The translations under genes were made by a program, and so were the position numbers. From a virus (lineage: Duplodnaviria > Caudoviricetes): 40,122 nucleotides of DNA. The stretch spans positions 1 to 40,122 of the IMG/VR virus record IMGVR_UViG_3300047294_000047. One strand, 5' to 3'. The notes below the pieces were generated by a model that searched no databases, was not told the origin of the DNA, and saw nothing but the letters and a program-made list of their open reading frames with translations. Below, piece after piece: positions 27,948-36,676 of this stretch; position 1 is the first letter of the stretch, and each line of letters starts with the position of its first letter.

Positions 27948-27977
27948 GTTAGGTTCCTTTACACGAATGTCAAGTAG
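27946..27977 (-). promoter_or_regulatory. Putative sigma70 promoter overlapped by a TTGACA-N4-TGTAAA operator-like dyad
   Basis: TTGACA (27973-27968), 16 nt spacer, TAACAT. The 20-mer matches 39246-39265 at 16/20 positions. Confidence 0.55.
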
Positions 27978-27979
27978 GG

Positions 27980-28636
27980 TTAAACCCTAGCATAGTCACA
28001 GTCGTGGCGGCATGGGCAGTAACGGCACAGCCCGCTAGGTTTCGCGGGCCAGTTGTCATACTCAAAAGACGAATGGATACGCTGAATGCGCTTCATAATT
28101 TCTGCCCAGATGGCGTTCATGCCGCTACGCTCATACGTGTTGGTGTCCATCTCCATTGTCTTGAGCCACACAAGGGAAGTCTTGACCCGCTGCACGTCGG
28201 GGTAGTGCTTAAACACCTGCGCCGCAAACATCTGCATTTGAAACTGGTCAGCATTGCGTTTGCCGGTCTTCCAATCCATGACAACAGCTTCGTTACCCAC
28301 GATTACAAGTACGTCAAGTTTGCTGCGCAGCCATGCGTCAGCATCCCACCAACCTGTTGCTGTAAGATTGTCGGTTAGGACTAGCTCCTTTTCGATGTAC
28401 AACTCGCCTTGCCTTGCCAGCTTCTCAACAGACAGACACAGGGGTTCGTACTGAGCGATCTCTGCATCCAATCCTGACCCTTTCAGTCGGTTTTCAAGGA
28501 ACGCATGGATACGTTCCCCGTACTTGGACGCTTCGCCGCCCTCGTCCACAACATCTTTGGTGATGCGCTGACGGTAGTACCGCAACGGGCAGTTCTCGAA
28601 CAGCTTGATCGAGGAGTAGGAGTGGCTCAAGCGCAT
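27980..28636 (-). CDS. PD-(D/E)XK exonuclease (Cas4/AddB-like)
   Basis: 'SYSSIKLFENCP', 'LD...DWKTGK', C-terminal CRYCxCxxxC. Confidence 0.88.
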   Translation of the reverse strand: MRLSHSYSSIKLFENCPLRYYRQRITKDVVDEGGEASKYGERIHAFLENRLKGSGLDAEIAQYEPLCLSVEKLARQGELYIEKELVLTDNLTATGWWDADAWLRSKLDVLVIVGNEAVVMDWKTGKRNADQFQMQMFAAQVFKHYPDVQRVKTSLVWLKTMEMDTNTYERSGMNAIWAEIMKRIQRIHSSFEYDNWPAKPSGLCRYCPCRHDCDYARV

Positions 28637-28691
28637 AGCAGTGTGCCCCGCAGGGACTTCCTGCGAGGTAGTTGTAACCGTTGGAAACCCC

Positions 28692-28720
28692 AGTGTACAT
28701 CAAGATGACATGCGTTGCAA
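28692..28720 (-). promoter_or_regulatory. Putative sigma70 promoter upstream of the PD-(D/E)XK gene
   Basis: TTGCAA-N17-TACACT. Confidence 0.4.
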
Positions 28721-28927
28721 GGCATCAAATTTTGCCAACTCCAGCGTAGAAACAAGGTGCATCAGGTCGGTGATCCCAGAGGAGAATCGGTGGTAGTCGG
28801 GGCCAATCTTCACCAGCATAAAAACTTCAGTGGCATCAGGACTGTCCTTGATCTGGTTGGTCACTGCCTCCATCAGTTGGAGGGCATCATGGTTGCGAGG
28901 TTCGCGGTTGATTTGGGTGATGTTCAT
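28700..28927 (-). CDS. Hypothetical protein
   Basis: ATG 1 nt after the polymerase stop, GGAG upstream. 75 aa. Confidence 0.6.
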   Translation of the reverse strand: MNITQINREPRNHDALQLMEAVTNQIKDSPDATEVFMLVKIGPDYHRFSSGITDLMHLVSTLELAKFDALQRMSS

Positions 28928-28928
28928 T

Positions 28929-30815
28929 TCAGGTATCTCCGTAGTTGTGTGCTTTGCCAGACTCGCAAGCAACGGGCAAGTCAGGTGCCCACTTAGGTGG
29001 CGTTGACATCACTGCAACAAGTTTGGCTTCTGCTGCGTCTGCGTCTGCCGTCGTTGCAGTGATGATGATCTCATCGTGGACTTGGAAAGCCACGTGATAG
29101 TGCTGCCCGATAGATGCCATCTGCTCACGAATGACAATAGCAGCAAGGGCTTGCACAAGGTTCTCGCATACCTTGCCGCCGTAGATACGTGTCCAGCTAA
29201 CCTCGTCCATGCTGCCAGTCACCACGCGATCACGTACCGCCTTGCGGTAAGAACGCGCATCAGAGATGTACTCAAACCCGCTACCAACCTGCCGTAGGGC
29301 AGGGTAATGAATCCTCAACTTGTTGGGGAGTGTGATGCCAGCGCTGTCGAACGAGATCATGTCATGCAAACTACCGCTGCCGCCTTGGACTATCTGTGTC
29401 AGTGCGTTGCCGCACCTCTGCCAAAACTGCACGATCTTCCAGTTCTTCTGGCGGTACAGCCGGACAATGCGCTCGGCTTCGTTGATGTCGAGCACCACGT
29501 TGATGCCGCCCTGCCCGATCTCTAGTGTGCGCCGGAACTTCTCAGCGCCCATGCCGTAGCCCAGCCCAAGCACACAGGTCTTGCCAACGAACCGCTCCAC
29601 CTTGTCTGCTTTGGTGATAGTTCGCCCATAAACTTCGGACGCAAACTCAGAGTACACATCGCGCTTGTCGCGAAAAGACGCCAGCAAATCCTCCTGCCCT
29701 GCCACCCATGCCACAGTACGTGCCTCGATCTGTGATGAGTCACATGAGATAAGCATCTGCTTGTCAGGTGCCATGAGCGCCCTACGGATAGTCGTGTTGC
29801 CACGTGCGGGTAGGTTCTGTAGGTTAAGTTTGTCGCCGCCGCTAAAGCGCCCAGTGTGTGCGCCGTAGTAGTTCAGCATGATGGGTAGTCGCCCACGTTT
29901 AGCTACACCGATCAAGTTCTCGGTGCGCGTCTCCTCAATAGTAGACTTAACCCCAAGTCGGGCCGCGACTACGCTCTGCACACGCTCGTCAGGATGTTCT
30001 AGCAAGTCCGTCATGCCCTTGTCTGTCTTCGCAAACGCCCACGTTTCCTTGCCAGTGGTCGGGCTTGTCTTACGGGGAGGGTCGATGCCTAGGTTGCCAA
30101 GATACTTAGCAAAGATTTCGTTGCTCATCAGCATCTTGGTGAGCGCCTCCTCGGTCACGCCGCTCAGGCCAAGGTCTAATATGAGGTCGCGCTTGCGGAC
30201 GCGCACTTCTTCGAGGTGCTTCTCTAATAGGGGCACATCCAACTCGATCACTGGCTCGGTGTACATGCGCAAGGTCTGATCAATCACCAACAACTCGCTC
30301 GATGGGAAGCCAACCTTGAGCTTGTCGAACAATCGCCTCGTCATATCCACATCGTTCTTGCAGTACTCGCCATACTGAGCAAGGTCAGCCTCGGTGAAGT
30401 CAGCCTTGCGCTTGCCCAATGCAGCCACTACCTCATCACCTTTCTTACCAATGCCGTAGTACGTAGCGAGCGCAGTAAGACTGCCACCCACAGTGATGTT
30501 GTGCAGTGGTCGTGCCATGCTTAATGTGTCCAGCCATAGCCTTGGCTTGATACCAAAGTGCCACGACAGGATAGCCCCGTCAAACGCAGTGTGATGACAG
30601 AGGATTGCCTTGTTGCTGTAGTTGAGTGACTTGAGAAACTTGGCAGGGTCACTGCCTGAGTACCAGTCGCTAGGGTAGTCGTTGACCTTGACACCTACCC
30701 CGATAACTTCAAACCTTGGGTCGCGGATGTAACTCTCGGTGGTCATCTTCGACAGACTAAAGTCCTTGTCGTAGTAGGTTTCAAAGTCTATGGTTACGAT
30801 GTCCATTGCCATCAC
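28929..30815 (-). CDS. polA: Family A DNA polymerase with 3'-5' exonuclease
   Basis: Exo I DFET, TGRFSG..NLQNLP, motif A DSSQIEAR, motif B R..GKTCVLGLGYG, motif C VHDE. Confidence 0.95.
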   Translation of the reverse strand: MMAMDIVTIDFETYYDKDFSLSKMTTESYIRDPRFEVIGVGVKVNDYPSDWYSGSDPAKFLKSLNYSNKAILCHHTAFDGAILSWHFGIKPRLWLDTLSMARPLHNITVGGSLTALATYYGIGKKGDEVVAALGKRKADFTEADLAQYGEYCKNDVDMTRRLFDKLKVGFPSSELLVIDQTLRMYTEPVIELDVPLLEKHLEEVRVRKRDLILDLGLSGVTEEALTKMLMSNEIFAKYLGNLGIDPPRKTSPTTGKETWAFAKTDKGMTDLLEHPDERVQSVVAARLGVKSTIEETRTENLIGVAKRGRLPIMLNYYGAHTGRFSGGDKLNLQNLPARGNTTIRRALMAPDKQMLISCDSSQIEARTVAWVAGQEDLLASFRDKRDVYSEFASEVYGRTITKADKVERFVGKTCVLGLGYGMGAEKFRRTLEIGQGGINVVLDINEAERIVRLYRQKNWKIVQFWQRCGNALTQIVQGGSGSLHDMISFDSAGITLPNKLRIHYPALRQVGSGFEYISDARSYRKAVRDRVVTGSMDEVSWTRIYGGKVCENLVQALAAIVIREQMASIGQHYHVAFQVHDEIIITATTADADAAEAKLVAVMSTPPKWAPDLPVACESGKAHNYGDT

Positions 30816-31192
30816 TCGCCACGCGCTTCAATAAGTTTGTCGATGTAGTGCTTTGCTTTCTTTACGTCGCCAAACCCTCCTTTGACATCACAACGTGCAA
30901 GATATTTGATTGCGTTACCGCGCAGAAACCCAGCAAACTGCTCGGGTGTCATCCATGATTCCATTGCTGCCCAAGGTTGCACGGCCATGTCCTTGTAATG
31001 AGAACCACCAACTTGTTGTTGGTCAACCTTTTCACTTGGCTTAGATTCTTCGCGGACAGGCGTAGCTTGTTCTTCCTTACGAATCTTGTAGACCATAGGC
31101 ATAGCTACCTTAAACTTTGCACCAACTTCTTTTGGTACGGCAAGCGGGTTCTTGCGGAAATACTCACGAACTTTTTGCGACTTACTTTTCAT
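30812..31192 (-). CDS. DUF3310 (T7 gp1.7-like nucleotide kinase family) protein
   Basis: 'QVGGSHYK', 'GFLRGNAIKYLAR..KGG..D.KKA.HY'. Confidence 0.8.
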   Translation of the reverse strand: MKSKSQKVREYFRKNPLAVPKEVGAKFKVAMPMVYKIRKEEQATPVREESKPSEKVDQQQVGGSHYKDMAVQPWAAMESWMTPEQFAGFLRGNAIKYLARCDVKGGFGDVKKAKHYIDKLIEARGE

Positions 31193-31204
31193 TTTCTCTT
31201 TCCT

Positions 31205-31435
31205 TTAAGTTGAATTTTTCTCACGTAACCTAGCTTCAATCAAGTGGTAGAACAAGATCAAACCACCACCGTCATGCTCAACCAGTACCTCTTGGTACTC
31301 TTCGTCCGTCAGCCCCACCCACTCGCCCTTCGCACACGCCTCACGCTCGGCTGCGGCGACAAGGGCGGCAAAGTGTTCAATGTCACCATGCAGCGTCAGG
31401 CCGTTGGCCTCGATCAATTTAAATACATCAGTCAT
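31205..31435 (-). CDS. Hypothetical protein ('EREAC', 'WVGLTDEE' motifs)
   Basis: ATGA-coupled small ORF. Confidence 0.65.
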   Translation of the reverse strand: MTDVFKLIEANGLTLHGDIEHFAALVAAAEREACAKGEWVGLTDEEYQEVLVEHDGGGLILFYHLIEARLREKNST

Positions 31436-31677
31436 GCATTCTTCTCCTTCAAGGCCCGCTCCACAGCCTCCATGAACACCAGCCAGTCAGCAGACATGGC
31501 CCCGCATTCCACCGCAATAGCCTCGCGCTCCCACTCTGTCAGCCCCACCCATTGCCGGTTTGAGGAATGCTCTTGAGAAATGGCTTGATGCTCAGGCAAA
31601 ACCTTTATCCGGTCAAACATCTCCTTGCCCTTGCTGTAGAAGTCGTGGTTTTTTCCTGTGATGTAACTTTTTTTCAT
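31432..31677 (-). CDS. Hypothetical protein ('WVGLT' motif)
   Basis: ATG 31677 overlaps the upstream TGA (ATGA), so it is preferred over 31698. Confidence 0.6.
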   Translation of the reverse strand: MKKSYITGKNHDFYSKGKEMFDRIKVLPEHQAISQEHSSNRQWVGLTEWEREAIAVECGAMSADWLVFMEAVERALKEKNA

Positions 31678-31805
31678 ATCAGTAAACTCCAAATCCAAAT
31701 GCCGGTGAGGGACGCCAGTCCAAACAACACCATTAGCACCGTCAGTGCAGCGCTGGTCATCAGCCTACCAATCGTGCGCCATGTGTCATCGTCTTCTTCA
31801 GTCAT
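31674..31805 (-). CDS. Small single-TM membrane protein (43 aa, not in the ORF track)
   Basis: MTEEDDDTWRTIGRLMTSAALTVLMVLFGLASLTGIWIWSLLI*. SD AAGGAG. Confidence 0.6.
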   Translation of the reverse strand: MTEEDDDTWRTIGRLMTSAALTVLMVLFGLASLTGIWIWSLLI

Positions 31806-31959
31806 TCGGCTTCTCCTTAGGTTTAATAACACGCACCACTGCCTCTGAAGTTACAAAGCGATGCTCGTTGGCGCACTCATACCTACGGTACACCGTATTA
31901 GCAGGGCGACTACGGGTTTCCTTGACAGTCGCCCATGCCTTGCATAGGGGGCACTTCAT
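31798..31959 (-). CDS. Zinc-ribbon protein (NrdR N-terminal-like, 53 aa, not in the ORF track)
   Basis: MKCPLC...VKETR...RRYECANEHRFVTSE. ATGA-coupled. Confidence 0.7.
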   Translation of the reverse strand: MKCPLCKAWATVKETRSRPANTVYRRYECANEHRFVTSEAVVRVIKPKEKPND

Positions 31960-32339
31960 AAGAACACCCCGAACTTTTGTCGGAGTGCTTTACTCTGCTC
32001 CCTGCATACTTGGTTCACGACATTTACTGTGTGCTGCACAGTTGGTTGCCTATGAAAGTTGAGAAACGTAACCTCGGCACTCTTCACAAATCCCTCAAGC
32101 AATTGCGGAGGGAACTCGTTGTTTTTGATACAAGTGTACAAGAGCGTAACCCATCTGTCATGCTCCCATTGAGGTGCATCCCATACCTGTTTACCCTTAC
32201 GCTGCGCTGCAACTTGTTCGCAGATAGCTTGCAGTACCCCAAGCTTGGCTCGTACCTTGATACCGTACTTAAAACGGCGCAAGGCACGGAGCCACTCTCG
32301 ACGTTTGTCATCGTCGATACGGGGCATATCAGACACCAA
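31956..32339 (-). CDS. Hypothetical protein
   Basis: 127 aa ORF overlapping both neighbours in the operon direction. Confidence 0.6.
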   Translation of the reverse strand: MVSDMPRIDDDKRREWLRALRRFKYGIKVRAKLGVLQAICEQVAAQRKGKQVWDAPQWEHDRWVTLLYTCIKNNEFPPQLLEGFVKSAEVTFLNFHRQPTVQHTVNVVNQVCREQSKALRQKFGVFL

Positions 32340-32958
32340 ACTTAGCAGCAGTGCTCATGGCAGTAAGCTTGTCGATGTCTATGTCCAACACCACCTCGTT
32401 CTTGGTACGTTCCTTGATCTCTCTGTGTTTGTTCTTAACATTCTCAGGAATCAAGTCCCACAGTGGAGGCCATGCTTTGAGCGCCGGGCCTAGTGTGCTG
32501 TACGCCTCGATAATTTTCTTAACCATATCAACGAACTCTGCGCGGCGCTTTTGCGCATCAGCCTTGCGCTGATTAAAGGCTACCACCTCGGCCTGAAACG
32601 CATCCCAGCACTGTCCTCTGAGTATAAGACCGCCGCTGTATGACGAACTATTTTTCTTGGCAAAATCGCTCTCAATAAAGGTGTGGGGCCAAGGCTGGAA
32701 GGTAGCGAAGGTGAACGTCATGTTACATTCAACGCCGCCTACTTTTTCTATCTCGATCTTATCAACTGTCCTCAGCCAACCAGCAGGAAGTTTTGCAATG
32801 TACGGCTTGACTTCATTGAACAGGGTGTCATAAATAGTCTGACCCCATGCGTTGTCAGGCTTAGACTGCTCGGCTCTGTCTATAGCAGGTTGCATCTTGT
32901 TGCGAGCACTTGCCAATATAGCGTTGCTAAGTTCTGTGCTAAAACGTACTGTTGCCAT
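32329..32958 (-). CDS. Hypothetical protein, possibly Nmad5-like
   Basis: SD AGGAG. C-terminal 'TLGPALKAWPPLWDLIPE' resembles the Nmad5 family as recalled. Confidence 0.5.
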   Translation of the reverse strand: MATVRFSTELSNAILASARNKMQPAIDRAEQSKPDNAWGQTIYDTLFNEVKPYIAKLPAGWLRTVDKIEIEKVGGVECNMTFTFATFQPWPHTFIESDFAKKNSSSYSGGLILRGQCWDAFQAEVVAFNQRKADAQKRRAEFVDMVKKIIEAYSTLGPALKAWPPLWDLIPENVKNKHREIKERTKNEVVLDIDIDKLTAMSTAAKFGV

Positions 32959-32959
32959 A

Positions 32960-33100
32960 TCAATCTCCTATATATGTAAAACATCCAACCCACTGCTTGT
33001 AGTGGTACTGCTCAACAAGCCTGAACATCTCAGGCTTTCCTCCTATCAATCGAATTACGCAGATGTCTCCGCGTTTTATGTGTGCTTTGGGGGTAATCAC
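32960..33100 (-). CDS. Small hypothetical protein (46 aa, not in the ORF track)
   Basis: GTG overlaps the VWA gene stop and the open frame fills the gap exactly (MITPKAHIKRGD...FTYIGD*). Confidence 0.45.
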   Translation of the reverse strand: MITPKAHIKRGDICVIRLIGGKPEMFRLVEQYHYKQWVGCFTYIGD

Positions 33101-34248
33101 ATCACCACCACTTCACCGAAGGGTGCAGTGCTCTCGTCAGTGGATACCCACAGCACTGGTGCATCAGGCTGATCGCCGAAGCTGCTGCAACACAGGTCAG
33201 TCAGGAACACAATGGCTACGGGTGTAAGGCCATGCTCGATGATCTCAGCGAACACCGGAGCAAAGTCCGTACCGCCACCGCCGTGGGGCTTGATGTCAAG
33301 GTCATCATGCTGCTCGTAGGATTCCACATGGCTGACCTCGCTGTCGAAGTACATCACATGGATACGCTCTGGCATCAGGTCGTCCTTGACTTTGCCTATC
33401 TCAGCGGCAAACTGGGCAATGGTGTTCTGGTCGATAGAGCCTGAGCAGTCCACTGCAAACACGATCTCACCCATCTGCTCACCGCTGACACTGGGCAGGT
33501 ACAGTCCCTGTGCAATGAAGCGGCGGTTGAACCGGGAGAATGATCGCTGGTCAGTGCGGGCCTTGACAAGAAAGCGTTGCAACACATCACGCCAGTCAAC
33601 CTTGGGTCTGAGTACCTCATCAACCAAGCGTTCCATGTTTGCGCTCAGCTTGCCCATCATCTTGGCAGCTTGTGCCGCTTGTGCCACCTTTACTTTCCAC
33701 TCGGCTTGCTCCTGTGCTTGCTCGGCAGGTGAACCTTCAGCATCTTCACAGTTGTCAAGCCTGTCGTCTGCACCGCTACCCTCATCCTGCTCCGGCAAGA
33801 TGTTGTAGATACCTTCACTAGTGCCGCCGCCAGCAGCATAGATGTTAGGGTCATGCAGTCCCCGCTTAGGCATTTTACCAATGCTGTCGTCTACCAACAG
33901 CTTGTTGATTACATAGTCAGCCGCGTTGTTCCAACGGCGGTGCTGTCTCTCCTGTCTACGGTAGTTGTGCTCAAGCATCGGATGCAAACACTCGTGTGCT
34001 ACAAGGAACTTCAACTCCTCATCTGTCAACTCGTTGCAGAAGTCGGGGTTGAACACCACCCGCTTGCCGTTGGTTGCCGCAGTGGGTATCTCTCGGCTCA
34101 GCAGGAACGGCATACTGAGTGCCACCGTACCAATGAACGGATGCTCCAAAATCAGAGCGGTCTTGGCTTTGGCAAGCCGTATCCTCATCTTGGCTTCTTC
34201 TTGCGGGGTGATTTGTTTCACCTCCTCTTTGGGCATCACACTAGTCAT
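33097..34248 (-). CDS. Metallopeptidase + VWA-like protein (DUF2201 family)
   Basis: HECLH zinc motif, TAATNG, MIDAS-like DCSGS, GGGGTDF, FLTD. Confidence 0.88.
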   Translation of the reverse strand: MTSVMPKEEVKQITPQEEAKMRIRLAKAKTALILEHPFIGTVALSMPFLLSREIPTAATNGKRVVFNPDFCNELTDEELKFLVAHECLHPMLEHNYRRQERQHRRWNNAADYVINKLLVDDSIGKMPKRGLHDPNIYAAGGGTSEGIYNILPEQDEGSGADDRLDNCEDAEGSPAEQAQEQAEWKVKVAQAAQAAKMMGKLSANMERLVDEVLRPKVDWRDVLQRFLVKARTDQRSFSRFNRRFIAQGLYLPSVSGEQMGEIVFAVDCSGSIDQNTIAQFAAEIGKVKDDLMPERIHVMYFDSEVSHVESYEQHDDLDIKPHGGGGTDFAPVFAEIIEHGLTPVAIVFLTDLCCSSFGDQPDAPVLWVSTDESTAPFGEVVVM

Positions 34249-35099
34249 TACATACCTCCATTCATAAATACGGACATCTTGTCCATGATTGCTTTGGCTT
34301 CAGCCGCTGTATCACGGCGAAGGTCGGGATCATTACGCAGTGCCTCGGGGTGCTTGATCAATGACGCCTCAACTTGTTGACGCATGGCTTCAAGGTTAGG
34401 ATCATCACTGAAGTTCAGCCTTGGCAACAGGGCACAGATTTCACGGGTGTTCTCCAGCATGGAGTCACGGAAGATCGCCTTGGGATCAGCCAGCTTCTCA
34501 GCCATGTGCTTTACCCTGTCGTAGAGCCGAGTCCATACGTCCTTCAGTGCAGCCTGCTCTGCGTCCTTCACACGCCGCTCAACATCTTGCTGGATACGGG
34601 ACAGTTCTTCACTGCCAATGGCAACCCGAAAGTCACTGCTTGGCACAGGGAACACAGCCATATCCATGCTGAACTTGGAACGCAAGTCAGCTTGACTGGG
34701 GTAGTCTGCGGCGTTGTACAGGGAGCCAAGGATGCGCTGTGCATCCAGCATGTCCTGATCGTAGTCATCGTAGAACTCCTGCACCAACACCTGCCACTCT
34801 CCCTTTTCCTTACGGAACTCAGACATGAAGTGCAGATAGTTAGCAGTGGGCAGCATCATCGTGCCATCCAAACCCCACGGCAACGTGTTGTCGTAGTACT
34901 TGGTACGGATGAGCGTAGTCTTCTTGTGGATGTTGTCCAGCTTGTCGTTCATAGGCAGCAAGGACTTGTTGAAACGACCAGCAGCTTGGCTTGCACCATG
35001 CGCTGTCGTCACCTCCTTGGATGCACTCTTGTCGTACTTACGGGCTGTCCACTGTGACACGTTGAGTTGCACCAACAATGCTCGGTCATTCAGATTCAT
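34248..35099 (-). CDS. DUF3150-like helical protein
   Basis: ATG 35099 after AAGGAG. Motifs 'WTARKYDK', 'TLPW', 'DYP', 'LPRLNFSDDP.L'. Lies between the AAA and VWA genes. Confidence 0.6.
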   Translation of the reverse strand: MNLNDRALLVQLNVSQWTARKYDKSASKEVTTAHGASQAAGRFNKSLLPMNDKLDNIHKKTTLIRTKYYDNTLPWGLDGTMMLPTANYLHFMSEFRKEKGEWQVLVQEFYDDYDQDMLDAQRILGSLYNAADYPSQADLRSKFSMDMAVFPVPSSDFRVAIGSEELSRIQQDVERRVKDAEQAALKDVWTRLYDRVKHMAEKLADPKAIFRDSMLENTREICALLPRLNFSDDPNLEAMRQQVEASLIKHPEALRNDPDLRRDTAAEAKAIMDKMSVFMNGGM

Positions 35100-35110
35100 A
35101 GTGATACTCC

Positions 35111-36100
35111 TTAGAACAATACGTTTTGGTGGTTGATCGACCACTTGGTGAAGGCTTGGGTGTTAGCCAAGTCAGGATTGCGCCGTGCTGCATAGCTGAC
35201 AGTCAGCACAGAGAACTCGGGAGGCATACGCTCAGAGTAGGCGCAGACCCTCTCGAAGTTACCCTCAGTAGCCCGCTGTGCCAGAGCACCGGACAGAGCG
35301 TACAAAGTGGCAGGGTCACTGGGCACATCACTGGTGCTTGGGTTCAGCAAGATAGCGTCAGGGTTGGGCAGCTTACGGAAGATACGCACAAACCCTACAA
35401 ACTCAGCAGCAGCGCCCTCACCAACAGCACCCTTGAACGACTCGAACTCTGCCTCCGAAGGGACAGTACCAAGCACATCGGACACACCCTCAACCCAAGC
35501 ACGGGGTGTAGCGTTCTGGTCACGCTGTGGGTCAAAGTCATGCAACAAGTTGGGACGGAAGCGAATGAAGGACACAACCTCTGACTTGACACCATTGTCA
35601 ATAGCCCATTGTGTCCAGTCATCGAGGTGAGTTTCCAACTCATACGCAGTCTCTCGGTTACGCAGATGAGACAGCACACGATTAGCACCTGCTCGGTCTG
35701 CTTGCCTGTTGCCAGTGGAGATAACCTGCCATCCATCGGGCATCGACACACCATGCAGATTGCGGGCTTGGCAGATGTTAGCCAAGACCTTTTGCAGGTC
35801 AGGGCCAGCTTGGTTGCGGTCATCGAACAGCAGGATGCCACGCTCTGGGGCTTTGCCCTTGACAGGGAACCAGTCAGGTAACTTGTAGTGCAGCATGTCA
35901 CTGCCTGTCTCAGGGAACAGGATACCGAAGTCCTCCACAAGCATGGTGGGCATATGCCTCTCGATGCAGGGAACACCAAGTTCTTCAGCAGCTTGTTGCA
36001 CGATGGTTGTCTTACCACCGCCGGGGCTGCCCTCGATACAGATGGTACGCTGGATGGGGAACAGAGACTTGATTGTCTCTTTGAGAAGTGTGGCTCGCAT
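35111..36100 (-). CDS. MoxR-like AAA+ ATPase
   Basis: Walker A GSPGGGKT, Walker B LLFDD, TGNR..DRAG, LRNR, TPRAW. Confidence 0.88.
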   Translation of the reverse strand: MRATLLKETIKSLFPIQRTICIEGSPGGGKTTIVQQAAEELGVPCIERHMPTMLVEDFGILFPETGSDMLHYKLPDWFPVKGKAPERGILLFDDRNQAGPDLQKVLANICQARNLHGVSMPDGWQVISTGNRQADRAGANRVLSHLRNRETAYELETHLDDWTQWAIDNGVKSEVVSFIRFRPNLLHDFDPQRDQNATPRAWVEGVSDVLGTVPSEAEFESFKGAVGEGAAAEFVGFVRIFRKLPNPDAILLNPSTSDVPSDPATLYALSGALAQRATEGNFERVCAYSERMPPEFSVLTVSYAARRNPDLANTQAFTKWSINHQNVLF

Positions 36101-36252
36101 TACTGTCCTTTGTAAAGTCTATGGTCTGGGCCGAGGGACACTACGTTAGTGCCCACTCTTGCAGCTTTCGCTGCCATTTTGTTGTCAAAGTAAACCACTG
36201 GCTGCACCAGTGGCCCTCCCTTACTCTGTCGTAACGTAAACAGTCGCTTCAT
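36100..36252 (-). CDS. Small hypothetical protein (50 aa, not in the ORF track)
   Basis: MKRLFTLRQ...SLGPDHRLYKGQ*, coupled at both ends (ATGA, TAATG). Confidence 0.65.
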   Translation of the reverse strand: MKRLFTLRQSKGGPLVQPVVYFDNKMAAKAARVGTNVVSLGPDHRLYKGQ

Positions 36253-36470
36253 TTGATTTCCTCTGGTACGTAGACAGTGTTTACCGTCTCAATAATCCCC
36301 TTGGCGGGGTCAAAGCCAACAATCTTGCTCGTACGAAGGTTCGTAGTTCCCAGTTTTGGGTGGTCGATTACATCCAACCTTCCACACCAGAAGGGGTTGC
36401 CCATCTTGTCCCAGCGAATCAGCAACATTGTTGTAGCGGTTTCCGATTTGTATTTAACGATTGGTTTCAT
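36249..36470 (-). CDS. Small hypothetical protein (73 aa)
   Basis: Start MKPIVKY after GGAG. 'DHPKLG...RTSKIV...IETVNTVY' motif. Confidence 0.65.
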   Translation of the reverse strand: MKPIVKYKSETATTMLLIRWDKMGNPFWCGRLDVIDHPKLGTTNLRTSKIVGFDPAKGIIETVNTVYVPEEIK

Positions 36471-36676
36471 TTGTTTTCTCCACGGTTGATAAACACACAC
36501 TCGTTGGGGTGAGTGACACCCTTGGAGTCCACATAGGACTCCCCACAGCCAACCATCCACTCCATGAGCAGGACAGCTAGCAGCAATCCAAAGCACAGCA
36601 CACCCAGTGCTGTAAAGAACCACCGAAGCAGCACCCTCCACAAGGGAGGCTTGGTAGTGATGCGATAAACCTTCAT
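36467..36676 (-). CDS. Small membrane protein
   Basis: One TM helix then 'EWMVGCGE...C'. ATGA-coupled. Confidence 0.65.
   Translation of the reverse strand: MKVYRITTKPPLWRVLLRWFFTALGVLCFGLLLAVLLMEWMVGCGESYVDSKGVTHPNECVFINRGENK

Noticed and set aside
27980-28636. Cas4 as evidence of a CRISPR-Cas system
   Set aside because: No repeat-spacer array or other cas genes are present. Stand-alone Cas4-like nucleases are normal in phage replication modules.
30812-32958. DNA base-modification system suggested by the DUF3310 and Nmad5-like genes
   Set aside because: No modifying enzyme was recognised in the window and the Nmad5 call is itself tentative.
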